Part shown: positions 10,192-21,891 of the stretch, in pieces
Position numbering within the stretch: position 1 is the first letter of the stretch
How the letters are laid out: each line of letters opens with the position of its first letter
Assembly: GCA_963677765.1 (NCBI GenBank)
Contig: OY782392.1
Location: 1,016,297 to 1,048,296 of the forward strand
Direction: 5' to 3'
Length of the DNA stretch: 32,000 nt
Source of the DNA: Candidatus Saccharimonadota bacterium
Lineage (GTDB): Bacteria; Patescibacteriota; Gracilibacteria; BD1-5; UBA6164
The notes under the pieces: model-generated
The model's database searches: none
Told to the model about the DNA's origin: nothing
Seen by the model: only the letters and a program-made list of their open reading frames with translations
Program-made: the position numbers and the translations under genes

Positions 10192-11649
10192 GTGAAAAGA
10201 TATTTTATAAAAACATTCTGATGTGCTATGAATCAGGCAGATAGTGAAAAAATAAATATGATAATGTTACAATCATGATTTATGAGAGCTATGAAATGGG
10301 AAGATGCTGATTTAGTTATATTTAATACCTGTAGTGTAAGACAAAAATGAGAAGATAGAGTTTTTGGTTTTGTTGAGGAAATACATAGAGAAAATAATAA
10401 TAGATTAGAAAATAATAAAACTAATATTATAAAAGTTTGAATAACTTGATGTATGGTTAGAAAAACATGATTAGATGGAAAATATCTTGATTGATATAAA
10501 AGAGATAAAAATAAATCTAAGAAAATAACTTTAGTAACTGAAAAAAATCAAATATTTAATAATGATGATAAACTTTTTCCAAGAAATAATTGAAAAATAG
10601 ATTTTGTTCTTAGAATTGAAGATACTAAATTTTTACCTTTGATGTTAACTCATATTTATTGAGAAAAGATTGGTAATGAAGATAAATATGATGATTATTT
10701 AAAATCAAAACAACTCAGAGAATCTCCACATTCGGCAACTATTATCATTCAAACTTGATGTGATAATTATTGTACATTTTGTATCGTACCTTATACTAGA
10801 TGAATGGAAAACTCTAGACCTATTGACGACATAGTAAATGAAGCAAAAGAAGCAGTAAAAAATTGAGCTAAGGAAATTACTTTAGTATGACAAAATGTAA
10901 ATTCATATTGAAAACAATTTGTAGATAAAAAATTTTGGAATAAAGAAAAATGAAAATGGAACGATTGATTATGAAAATCACCTTTTAGGCAATTATTAGA
11001 AGAGTTAAATAAAATTGATTGATTAGATAGAATAAGGTTTACATCTAGTAATCCTCATGATATGACTCAAGATATACTTGATGCTCATTTTGATTTAGAA
11101 AAAACATGTAATTATTTACATTTTGCATTACAATCATGAAATAATGATATATTAAAAAGAATGAATAGAAAACATTCTTATGATGATTTTAAAAAACAAG
11201 TTGATTATTTAAGATCAAGGGATCCAAATTTTTCTATATCTACAGATATAATTGTTGGTTTTAGTTGAGAGACTGAAAAAATGTTTAATGATACAGTTAA
11301 AGCATTTGAGGAATGTGAATTTGATTTTACATATAATGCAAGATATAGTGTAAGAAAATGAACAATTGCAGCAAAAATGTTTCCAGATGATATAAGTGAT
11401 GAAGAAAAAGCTGATAGATGGCATATATTAAATGAAAAACTATTTGAATCTGTTACTAAAAGAAATAAAAATATGCTATGAAACATTGAAGAAGTTTTAG
11501 TGTCATGAGAAAAAGATTGAAGAAAATTTTGAAGAACAAGAAATTTTAAAGAGGTATTTTTCGATTGAGATTCAGTAAGTGTTTGAGATATTGTAAAGGT
11601 AAAAATAACTGATTTGGATAGGTACGTTTTAAACTGAACTTTAGTATAG
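10192..11649 (+). CDS. miaB: tRNA-2-methylthio-N6-dimethylallyladenosine synthase
   Basis: 485 aa from a GTG start (VKRYFIKTFGCAMNQ). MTTase N-domain cysteines FGCAMN, NTCSVR and GITGCM; radical-SAM CDNYCTFC; C-terminal TRAM-like end. The track ORFs 11205..11486 and 11215..11424 (-) are antisense. Confidence 0.9.
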
Positions 11650-11650
11650 T

Positions 11651-12943
11651 ATGAAAAAGAATATTTTTAAAGCATTTTTATTAGGTATTATTTATTTCTT
11701 ATCATTTCAATTGTCATATTGAATAGATACAGAAAATAATATACTATTTGATGCCTTCTCTGAAAGAAGAGATAAACTAATACAACTATTGTGATGATGA
11801 GAATTAGAAACTCAAATTAATGTATTAAAAGAGAATATTGAATTACTTAATTTGGAAAATAATTTAAATAATAATTTAAAAGAAAAATTATTAAGTGATA
11901 TTGATTGAATTTATATTGATATAGAAAATTTAAAATGAGAATTAATAAATAATATAGAATCTTGAGATGAATTTGAACAGTTATTGGATAACTATAATAA
12001 TGAAATAAATTTAAAAAAAGATTTAGTAACTGAGTTAAATAATTCAATTAAACAAAATCAATTAAATGAAGAAAAAATATCTATACTTTTAGATAGATAT
12101 TTAAATGAAAAATCAAAAATAGATGAGGAAAATAAAAATAATAAAAGTATAAAAATATATATATTTATTATTTTTACATTATTAACTATAGCTATATATA
12201 TTGTTTCTTTATATTTTTCAAAGAAGCAAAAAATTAGTAATAAAAAGTCTGTTTATATTAATTTCTTTTTATTGTTTTCATATGTTATATTTCTTATTTG
12301 GTTTTTCTTTTATCTATATCCAGAATTATCAATATTTTTAATTTTTATTTCTTGATATTTATTAGTTATAAATGCTCATCTTATTTGATCTTTTATATGA
12401 AGTGTGATAGTTTTAGAAAGGTTTAAAATTTGAGATGTAATAAAATTCAATGATATAGAGTGACAAGTTATAAAAATCAATCCTCTATATGTTGTTTTAA
12501 TGCCTTTAACAAAGGAATGAATATTTAAGAATAAACCTATATATGTTCCACATATAAATATTTTAAAAGAAAGTGTTACAAAAGACATAAGCGCTTGAAC
12601 TATAATTCATAATTTTGAATTAACTATAAGAGATGATTGGAATTTAGATATTATGAAATTTATAGAATGAGTTGAACAAAATATATTAACAAAATTCTTA
12701 AGTAATAGATTGTCTTCTCTTAGTTGATTAAATGATACTTATAGAACATCTTTTGAGAGAACAAATATGTGACATATTGTTGTTGTTTTTATATGGAAAT
12801 GAGATGATATACTCAATAAAAAAGTTGAAAGAAAGATAGTTTGATATTTGTACAGATTGGTTTTAGATTCAAAAAAAGCTAAGGAATTAAGCGAAAAAAA
12901 TATAAATGAAATAAATGATAACGAAATAAAAGAAGCAAATTAA
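11651..12943 (+). CDS. MscS-family mechanosensitive channel with N-terminal coiled-coil extension
   Basis: 430 aa. Signal-like N-terminus, about 150 aa of Asn/Glu/Leu-rich coiled coil, TM helices, then an MscS beta-domain signature SFIGSVIVLERFKIGDVIKFNDIEGQVIKINPLYVVL. The track ORF 11984..12355 is an in-frame fragment. Confidence 0.8.
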
Positions 12944-12958
12944 TTTGCTTCTTTTATT
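12925..12958. terminator. perfect 34-nt palindrome, bidirectional terminator shared by convergent overlapping genes
   Basis: AATAAAAGAAGCAAATTAATTTGCTTCTTTTATT is its own reverse complement. It contains the stop codons of both convergent genes (12941-12943 plus strand, 12940-12942 minus strand). Confidence 0.7.
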
Positions 12959-14106
12959 CTTAATTTAAAAATTTCTCTTCATACTAATTGTTTTTCTCTT
13001 TTATAAAGTAAACTTCATGATTTTGAAGTTAAATCTTTGAAGTTTTCAGGGTATATTTTCTCTATAATACAATATTTATTAATTTCTTTATATATTTCTT
13101 CAAAGTAAATGTATTTTCAATTCATTTCCCAAAAAGGGAAGCATATTACTAAGTTTCATTTATATGATATTTTAGTTAAGTTTTCAAAAAACTTTGTATA
13201 AATAGATAATAAACTATCTTTTTGTTTATTTATTCTATCAATAGATATATTTTTCTTTGTCATTATTTCTCATAAATATCCTTCACTTACTATAGAATCA
13301 ATTTTTTTATTGTTTAATATTTTAGATTCATTTATAAATTTTGAATTTAATTTTATGAAATCAAAATCTTCTAAAGTTAAATTATATTCTTTTGCAAAAT
13401 TTATTATATTTGATTTACTAGTTTCCACCATTTTTTCATTTAAGTCACTTCAGTATACTTTAGTATTTCACATTAATAATGATTCTATTAAAACAGTTCA
13501 TAATCAAACAAAAGGATCATATATATTTTTTCCTCAAGATAAATTTATCATCATTTGGCATAGTTTTGGAGGTAGCATTCATGTTTGCATATCTCTATTT
13601 TTTGAGTAATCTCTTTTACTATAATTATCAATATTTTGTACCCAAATAGTTTTTCAAATGTAAGTATTTTCATTTGAAAAAATATAACTAAAATCTGTTC
13701 AGCTTTTAACTAGTTTTTCTCAAATAATTTGTGCTGAACTTATATTTTTAAAATCCTTATTTATAAATCTTGATGAAATTCATCATGATTTTAAATCTTT
13801 TTTAGTTTGATTTAGGATATTTTTTAGATTTTTTTTAATTCAATATATACTTATTCAATACTTAAATTTTCATTCATATTCTGTAGCTAAATCAATAACT
13901 TCATCATTAATTATTTCTACTATTTTAATAGTTCATCATAATTTGTCAGCATTATTTAAAACTAATTGTTTATCTAATCATTCAATTATTAAAAAATCAT
14001 TACCAAAATAAACAGTTTTTAATTCAGTACTACTTAACTGAGTAAAAACTGTTAATATTTCAGCAATTGATAATTTATATTCTCTTCCGAGTAAAAATCA
14101 TATCAT
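12940..14106 (-). CDS. class I SAM-dependent RNA methyltransferase (UPF0020/Trm11-like)
   Basis: 388 aa with TGA=Gly. Core MLPPKLCQMMINLSGGKNIYDPFVGLGTVLIESLLMG..VYGSDLN matches the putative RNA methylase family. Its ATG (14106-14104) overlaps the adk stop as TAATG. The track ORF 13310..13609 (+) is antisense. Confidence 0.65.
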
Positions 14107-14714
14107 TATAGTCCAAGTTTAGTTTTTAATTCCATTTCTACATTTTCTACACTTTGATCCGCGTTTATTCTAATAACTTTTCATTCTTTTTCTTGCTCTA
14201 ATGCTGTAGGTAGTGTATTATTCATAAATTCATCAATTCTTTTTAGTATTGAAGCTTCATTATCATCTTTTCTTTTAACTAAAGTATTACCATTATTTGG
14301 ATTTACTAAAGTTGTAGAAGGAAATGTTTCTCCAGTTTCGGGATCATACATTCTTCATAATAATCTATCAATTGCTTTTTCTTTTGATAATTCAAATAAA
14401 ACTACTTTGTAATCTTTAGTTATATTATCTAAAGATTCTCTATTTCATTGATTTCTAACAAAACCATCTAATATTAGTTTTTCATTTGTTTGAGTTGAAA
14501 TTACTTCATTCATTATTTCTCATACTACTTCAGGAGTAACTAAGGCTCATGATTCAATAGTTTCTTTTACTCTATTTCAAAGTTCAGTTCATGATTCAGC
14601 AATTTTTCTAAGCTCTTGTCACATTTCTAATAATGTGAAACCATGTTTTTCAACTAAAATTCTAGCTTGTGTTCATTTTCAACATCATTGTATTCAAGTA
14701 AATACTAGCTTCAT
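14106..14714 (-). CDS. adk: adenylate kinase
   Basis: 202 aa. P-loop GIQGCGKGTQ (14696-14667; four of its Gly are TGA), LILDGFVRN, and a lid segment without Cys ending KRKDDNE. Confidence 0.92.
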
Positions 14715-14745
14715 AATTATTTATTAATTTTTAATTTTATTTTAA

Positions 14746-15150
14746 ATGTGAGAGTAATAAGCCGGATTCTGTATCTCGGTACCAATCTATCTAGGCTTAA
14801 AATCACTAATAAGCTCGAGCTGGGTATACTTTTTCAAAACAATAGAGAGAAATAATTTATCAAAGTACCATTCCCATTGCATCACGTACAGTTTACCAAA
14901 CTCTAAATAAGAGTTTCATTTATAGCAGTTTAGTATCACACAATGTAAACACTGCAGTAATATTAAAATACACTAAATGACTTTTCACCTTTTGATAATA
15001 AGAATTATCTAGTATCGTCTCTGCGGCACTAGTGGTAACTCAATTTTAATTATTATATATTGAGTCCGAAGTTGTTATCTTCTACGCTTCTCTCATGATG
15101 TCCAGACTTTCCTCTTGTAATTTAATACAAGTAGATACCTTCTCTCACGA
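14746..15150 (-). ncRNA. rnpB: RNase P RNA (bacterial)
   Basis: On the minus strand: P1 GUGAGAG/CUCUCAC (15148-15142 pairs with 14754-14748), P3 hairpin CUUGUA-UUAAAU-UACAAG, then GAGGAAAGUCUGGAC. The 3' conserved block is ACAGAAUCCGGCUUAU. Ends are approximate to within a few nt. Confidence 0.88.
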
Positions 15151-15155
15151 GCGGC

Positions 15156-15183
15156 ATTATATATTTTTTTTATTAAAAAACAA
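15156..15183 (-). promoter_or_regulatory. candidate promoter for rnpB
   Basis: Minus-strand TATAAT (plus 15156-15161) and TTGTTT (plus 15178-15183) with a 16-nt spacer. This places a start about 7 nt downstream, at the beginning of P1. Confidence 0.45.
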
Positions 15184-15324
15184 CTTATAATTTATATATT
15201 TTTAATTTACTTACTATTATTTTTATTTTTTTGTTAAAAACTCATTTTAGCTAGCTAAACAAAAGAAAAACATAGCTTGTTTACAATTTTTAAACATAAA
15301 AAGCTGTCAAGAAAAAATATTGTT

Positions 15325-15352
15325 TTGACTATGATATTTATTTGTATAAAAT
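15325..15352 (+). promoter_or_regulatory. candidate promoter for dnaA
   Basis: TTGACT (15325-15330), a 16-nt spacer, then TAAAAT (15347-15352), about 70 nt upstream of the dnaA ATG. Confidence 0.35.
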
Positions 15353-15420
15353 AGCTTTAGAAATTGAAAGACCTGACAAATCTAGAATTTTATTTATAGA
15401 TAAGCTAATTATTAGGAAAA

Positions 15421-16839
15421 ATGCAAAAAAATTACAAATTACAAAATATAGTTTCTAATATTATAGAGAGAGTTAAAAAACAAGATTTCTTAGTTTATTT
15501 TAGAAAAATTTCAATAATTGAAATTAATGACGAAAAAATTGTTTTTTGAGTTATATCATGATTTATGAAAGATAACTTAGAAGCAAAGTTTTATAATCAA
15601 GTTTTTGAATCAGCTCAAGCTGAAAATCCAAATATAAAAACAATTGAATTTCAAGTTGATTATAATATAGATAATCCTTCTAATGCTAATGTTATTGATT
15701 GTGGTAATTATTTTAAAGAATCTGCTAAAACAAAATCAAAAAAAGCAAAAGAAACATCTTCTGAATCAAAAATATCTACACAAAAAAGTGTTAACGATAG
15801 ATATACTTTAAAAAACTTTATTGTTGGTTCAGATAGTCAATTAGCTTATTCAGCTTGTGATGCTGTTTGTAGAAACCCTGGTAAATCATACAATCCTTTA
15901 TATATATATGGTGATGTTTGATTAGGTAAAACTCATTTATTACAAGGTACTGGTAATGAAATTCTTAAAAAATTCAGAGATAAAAGAGTTGTTTATACTA
16001 CTGCAGATAAATTTATTACAGAATATGTAACAGCAGTTAAAAAAAGAAGTATAGAAAGATTAAGAGAAAAATTTAGAGATATAGATGTGTTAATAATAGA
16101 TGATGTACAATTCTTATCTAGAAAAGAACAAACTCAAAATGAATTGTATAATATTTTTAATTTGTTATATGAACAAAATAAACAAATTATAATATCTGGA
16201 GATAGAGCTCCTAAGGAATTAGAAGAATTAGAACCTAGATTAAGATCAAGATTTGAGTGGGGTATTACTGTAGATATTGGTAGACCAGATTATGAAACTA
16301 GATTAGCAATCTTACAAGAAAAAGCTAGAGAAAAAGAATTTATGATTCCTCAAGATGTAGCTGAGTTTATTGCTGCTAATGTTACTGAAAATGTAAGAGA
16401 GCTTGAAGGTGTTTTAAATCAAATGATTGCGGAATACGAATTAACAGGTATAAATCCTAGTTTATCAAAAATAGCTGAAAAACTTAAAAAACTTAGTTTT
16501 ACTACAGATTTATTATGAACTTGAGTTAAGTCAAATATTGAAAAAACTACAATTAAATCTTATGAAGATATAATTAATAAAGTTTGAGAGCATTTTGGTA
16601 TTGAAACAGAAGGTATTTTAGGACAAAATAGAAAAAAAGAATTTATGATTCCTAGACAAGTAAGTATGTATTTATTAAAAACTAAAATGAATTATACTTA
16701 TGAAAGAATTGGTAATATTTTTGGAGGTAGAAACCATGCAGCTGTTTTATATAGTTGTAATAAATTAGAAAAATTAATCAAAAAAGATCAAACTTTATTA
16801 CATGAAGTTAATGTAATAAGAGATAGTATGTGAATATAA
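15421..16839 (+). CDS. dnaA: chromosomal replication initiator protein DnaA
   Basis: 472 aa. Walker A YIYGDVGLGKTHLL (middle Gly is TGA at 15919-15921), Walker B LIIDDVQF, RLRSRFEWG, and C-terminal DNA-binding domain PRQVSMYL...GGRNHAAVLYS. The track ORFs 15565, 16087 and 16645 are three in-frame fragments of it. Confidence 0.97.
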
Positions 16840-16840
16840 G

Positions 16841-16871
16841 AAAAAAGAGACTTTATAAAGTCTCTTTTTTC
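16841..16871 (+). terminator. intrinsic terminator after dnaA
   Basis: Palindrome AAAAAAGAGACTTTA/TAAAGTCTCTTTTTT (16841-16870) with a trailing T-run. Confidence 0.75.
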
Positions 16872-16927
16872 TTGATATATAGATAAAAATAAGTATTATT
16901 TATTAAAATAATGTTTAAATATAATTC

Positions 16928-19024
16928 ATGGATAAACTTAATGATATAAGAGATGATTTAGATGAAAATATTGATATAAAATCTAATTATAAACATAGAG
17001 ATATCGATGTTTGAAATAATTCAATTCCTAATAGTAATGATATACTAAATAATTTAGAAGACATTAATATAAAAAATAATAGAAAAATAAAGATTAATAA
17101 TAAAACAAATTCTAATTTCGATAGTTTTTATTTATGAAAGGAAAATAAAATTAATATTAGAGATCCAAAAAAAGATTTATTTTATTTTTTAAATAAAATA
17201 AGATTATTTTTTAAAAAATACTATCTTATAAATAAACTTAAAAAGAAAAAAAATAAATTATTAAAAAAGAAGCATAAAAAGATTCTATTATTTGTTTTTT
17301 TTGTTTTTGTATTATTTTTTGCAAATAAAATTTTAGTTGAAAACCTTATTTCATATTGATATTGAAAAGTTATAAATTTAACTAAAGCTAATAATATTGA
17401 TGATATATCATTAGATAGCTCAAAATCACATATATCATTAAAATTAGCAGACATATTTTTTACACCATTTTCATTTATACCTAATAATAATATTTCAAAT
17501 GTTTCATATGTTATTAAGTGATGAGAAAGATTATCATCAGCTATATCAGATTTTACAAAATTATATTATAAAATAGAAAATATAAAAAATAATAATGATT
17601 TAGATTCAATTAATATAACAGAGTTATTACTTAGTTTAAAATATGATTTTTTAAACATAAATAAAAAAATATATTCTGCATTATTTTACTATTCTTATGT
17701 TTGAGATTTAGGTAATAATGAATTAAATTCTAAATTAGCATACTGAAAATCTGAACTTCTTAATATTTATAGAATATCTTCTGTAATAGAAAAAAATTAT
17801 GATGTTTTACTTAGTTTATTTTGACATAATACAACAAGAAAGTACTTAGTTGTTTTTCAAAATAATGATGAAATTAGACCAACAGGTTGATTTATGTGAA
17901 GTACTGCAACAATAACATTAAAAAACTGAAAAATTATTGATATTGATAATAGTGATATTTATGCACATGAGTGGAATATAAATAAGGTTTATACTCAAAA
18001 AATAAAAGCTCCTGAGTGACTTGATAAAATAACTTGAACTTTTTGATTAAGAGATGCTAATTATTTTCCAGAATTTAAACAATCCGCTAATACGATAAAA
18101 AGCTTTTTAGATATGATAGATTATAATATAGATGGTATTATTTTTATAAATCAAAATATTGTATTAGATTTATTAGATGAAGTTTGAAGTATAAATTCTG
18201 AAATACTTTGAATGAATATAAATGATAAAAATTTTTCTTTGGTTATTTCTACATTAGTCGAAGCTAAAGTTTTTAAAGTATGAACTTTGTGAACACCAAA
18301 ACAAATTTTATTTGATTTTGCTTGAGAGTTATATTCAAAACTTATAGAAAAATGAAGTTATTATAATTATTTTAAAATTTTATCTAAACATATAAAAAAT
18401 AGAGATATCGTTTTTTATTCTTTTAGATCAGAAGAAAATAGTTTATTATGGAAATTATGAATAAATTGAGATATTAATTTTTCCGATTCATTTGATTTTA
18501 ATTATCCTGTTTTTACTTCTATTTGATGAAATAAGACAGATAGATATATTGACTATAACATTAAGAAAGTTGTCCAAAAAATCCCAGATTCATGTGATTA
18601 TACAACTAGCTTAAAAATATCGAAAACTCATAATTTTTCTAACTTTGAGGATGAGAAAGTTAATAAGCTCTTAGATGATTACTGAGTAGAAGATAAATTA
18701 GATATATTAAATATACAATGAAGAGGTGATAATAAAAGTTACTTAAGAATATTGTTACCAAAAAATATTGAAGTTAATTTACAAGATTGACAAACGTTTA
18801 TAGAATATGATAAATATAATATTATATCTCTATATACTTATGTTAGAAAAATGGAAACAGGAACTAATACTATAAATTATAGAATTTTAAATCCAGATTG
18901 TATTGATTATTCATACAAGTATTATAAACAACCATGAATTAATGAATTTAATATTGAATTAGATATATTAAATAACTATAATAAATATAATAATATTTCT
19001 AGTGATTTTATATATAAAGATTAG
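16928..19024 (+). CDS. large membrane-anchored protein, DUF4012-like
   Basis: 698 aa. Basic N-terminal region, one TM segment (ILLFVFFVFVLFFA), then an extracytoplasmic domain with VVFQNNDEIRPTGGFMGS, which I recognise as the DUF4012 hallmark. The family name is from memory and was not searched. The track ORF 17221..17454 (-) is antisense. Confidence 0.6.
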
Positions 19025-19076
19025 GAAAAATAGATAAAATATATATTATATTAGCAATTAAAAATAATAAAAAAAT

Positions 19077-20384
19077 ATGAAAAAAATTAAAGATTTATTC
19101 GCTCTAGATAATCCTTTAAGATTAATGTATCATAAGTCAAGAGCAGTAACTGCTAATCTATTGTATTGATTTCCTTCAAAGGATATGACAATAGTTTGAG
19201 TTACATGAACAAACTGAAAAACTACTACATGTAATATAATTGCTAAATGATTAAGAGAATCATGAAAAAAAGTTTTTATGTTTACTACTGTAAATATAAT
19301 TATTTGAGAAGAAGAATATATTAATGATACAAAAATGACTTCACCAGATGCATTTTTATTACAAAAGTTATTAAAAAAAGCTAAAGATGCTTGATGTGAA
19401 ATTGCAATTATTGAAACTGCTAGTCATTGAATAAAAATGCATAGGGTATGGGGTATTGACTATGATATTGCTGTACTTACTAATATAACACAAGATCATT
19501 TAGATTTACATAGAACTATGAAGGATTATGTTAATACTAAGCTTAAATTATTTAAAGATCTTATATCATATAAAAGAAAGCCATGAGTAAAAAAAACATG
19601 AGTTATTAATATTAATTCTGATTATGTGGACTTATTTAAAAATGAAACTTATGATTCATTGTATCTTTATGGTAAAGGATCATGAGCTTCATTGACAGCT
19701 AATAATATAAGAGTTGAAAACTGATTAACTAAATTTGATTTAAGAATACCTGATTGAAATATAGAAATTGAAACAAAACTAAAAGGTAAGTTTAATATAG
19801 AAAATATATTGGCAGCAATATGAGTATTTATAGCTTTTGGTATTAAAAAAGAACAAATAGTAAATGCTATAAAAACTATAACAGGAGTTCCTTGAAGAAT
19901 GGAAAATATTGATAATAATTTATGAGCTGACATATTCGTTGATTATGCTCATACTACTGATGCATTAGAAAAAGTATTAACTACTTTAAAAGATATTAAT
20001 TATAAAAAAATTATTACTGTTTTTTGAGCTACATGAGATAGGGATAAAACAAAAAGATCTTCTATGTGAGAAGTTGTTTCTAAATATAGTGATATTGTTA
20101 TACTTACACAAGATGATGATTATTCTGAAAAAACAGAAGATATAATAAAAGATGTTTTACCATGAATAAATAGAGTAGAATGAAATGATTTTTTTGTTAT
20201 ATCTACAAGAAAAGAAGCTATCGAAATGGCATTATCAATGTTGAATGAAGGAGATGCATTATTAGTTGCATGAAAATGAGATGAACATATAATGGTAACT
20301 AATAATTGACCAGTTGAATGGCATGATAAAACAATTATAGAAAATATACTTTCAAATGTAGAAGAAAATAGAATTATTTTATAA
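19077..20384 (+). CDS. murE: Mur ligase, MurE-like (UDP-MurNAc-tripeptide synthetase family)
   Basis: 435 aa. P-loop GVTGTNGKTTT, TNITQDHLDLH, VDYAHTTDALEKVL, FGATGDRDKTKRSSMG and AGKGDEH. The N-terminal domain is short. The track ORF 19667..19933 (-) is antisense. Confidence 0.8.
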
Positions 20385-20397
20385 TCAATTTAATAAA

Positions 20398-21882
20398 GTG
20401 AGTTTATATTTAAAATACAGACCTAGTGATTTTGATAATTTAATGTGACAAAAATTTGTAAAAGAAACTTTACAAAAAGCAATAGCTCAAAACAAAACTG
20501 TTTGAGCTTATTTGCTTTGCTGACCTAGATGAACATGAAAAACAACAACAGCAAGACTTTTAGCTAAGTCAATTAATTGTTTGAATTTAAAAGATTGAAA
20601 CCCATGTAATGAATGTGAGATATGTAGAGATTTTAAAGAAGATAAACTTGTAGATATAATTGAAATTGATGCAGCTAGTCATACTTGAGTAGATAATATA
20701 AGAGAAATTATTGAAAGAGCTAAATTTACACCAAGTAAAACAAAATATAAAATCTATATAATAGATGAAGTGCATATGCTATCTAAATGAGCTTTTAATG
20801 CATTATTAAAAATATTAGAAGAACCACCTACTCATGTTAAATTTATATTAGCAACTACTGAGACAAATAAAGTTCCTGAAACTATTATAAGTCGTTGTCA
20901 AAGATATGATTTTAAAAGAATTAATAATTCTGATATAAAACAAAGACTTTCTTTTATTGCTAAACAAGAATGAATTTCTGTTGATGATAAATCTTATGAA
21001 TATATAGTTTCTAATTCTGCATGATGATTAAGGAATGCAATTAGTTTATTTGAGCAAATGATTGTAGATAATACTATTTCTTATTCAAATATTGTAGATA
21101 AATTGTGAATAATAGATGAAGAAAAAATAGATAACATATTATATAAATTGTTAAATTTTGATAATTCTGTTATTAATGATATCGATTTATTAATCGATGA
21201 TTGAAAAAATTTAAAAATATTTTTTAAGGATTTAATTTTTACATTAAAAAATAAAATATTAGATGAGTTAAAAAATTGAAATGATATAAATAATTTGATT
21301 TTTATTTTAGATACTTTAAATAAAGCTTATTCCGAATCTAAAAATTCACTTGATGAAAATCTAACTCTTATGATATGAGTTTTTAAAATTATTTCTAATT
21401 ATACTGAGCCTAATAATAATTTAAATACAAATATAGATGTAAATAAAATCACTAAAACTACTATTATTAAACAAGAAACTGATAATACATCTATTACTCC
21501 ATTAGCTGATGAGCTTAAAAATAATAATTCTGAAATTAAAATTGGTGATATAGATGATGTTTTTTGAGATCCAATAGATGATATTTCTATATCAAATGAT
21601 AATATTAAAACTGCAAATACTACTGAATACAATTCAAATAAGGAAGTCTCTTCTAATTTTGATATTAGTAAATTTATATCTAACCTTAAAACTAAATGAG
21701 CTAAATGATCATTAACTATGGCTCTTAGATGATCTATGATAAAATATAATAATAATATTATAACTATAAAGTCATCTACCTCATTCACAAAAAAAAGTAT
21801 AGATAATGTAGATAGTATTGCAATAATGAAATCTGTACTAGATGATATGTGACTAGTTGTTGAAAAAATTGATGTTATATAA
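20398..21882 (+). CDS. dnaX: DNA polymerase III subunit gamma/tau
   Basis: 494 aa from a GTG start (VSLYLKYRP). Walker A CGPRGTGKTT (20518-20547, three TGA Gly), zinc module [22 protein letters not shown] and SRCQRY. The track ORFs 20587..20775 and 21399..21788 (-) are antisense. Confidence 0.93.
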
Positions 21883-21891
21883 TAATATACT

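Noticed and set aside
15395-15403. Possible DnaA box TATAGATAA, a 7/9 match to TGTGGATAA, 18 nt upstream of dnaA.
   Set aside because: It is a single copy and both mismatches are G to A. In this AT-rich spacer such a match is expected by chance, so it is not called as a feature.
21787-21797. A-run (CAAAAAAAAG) in dnaX as a possible programmed frameshift site producing a gamma subunit.
   Set aside because: It lies about 30 codons from the C-terminus, far downstream of where tau/gamma frameshifting occurs, and there is no downstream stimulatory hairpin.
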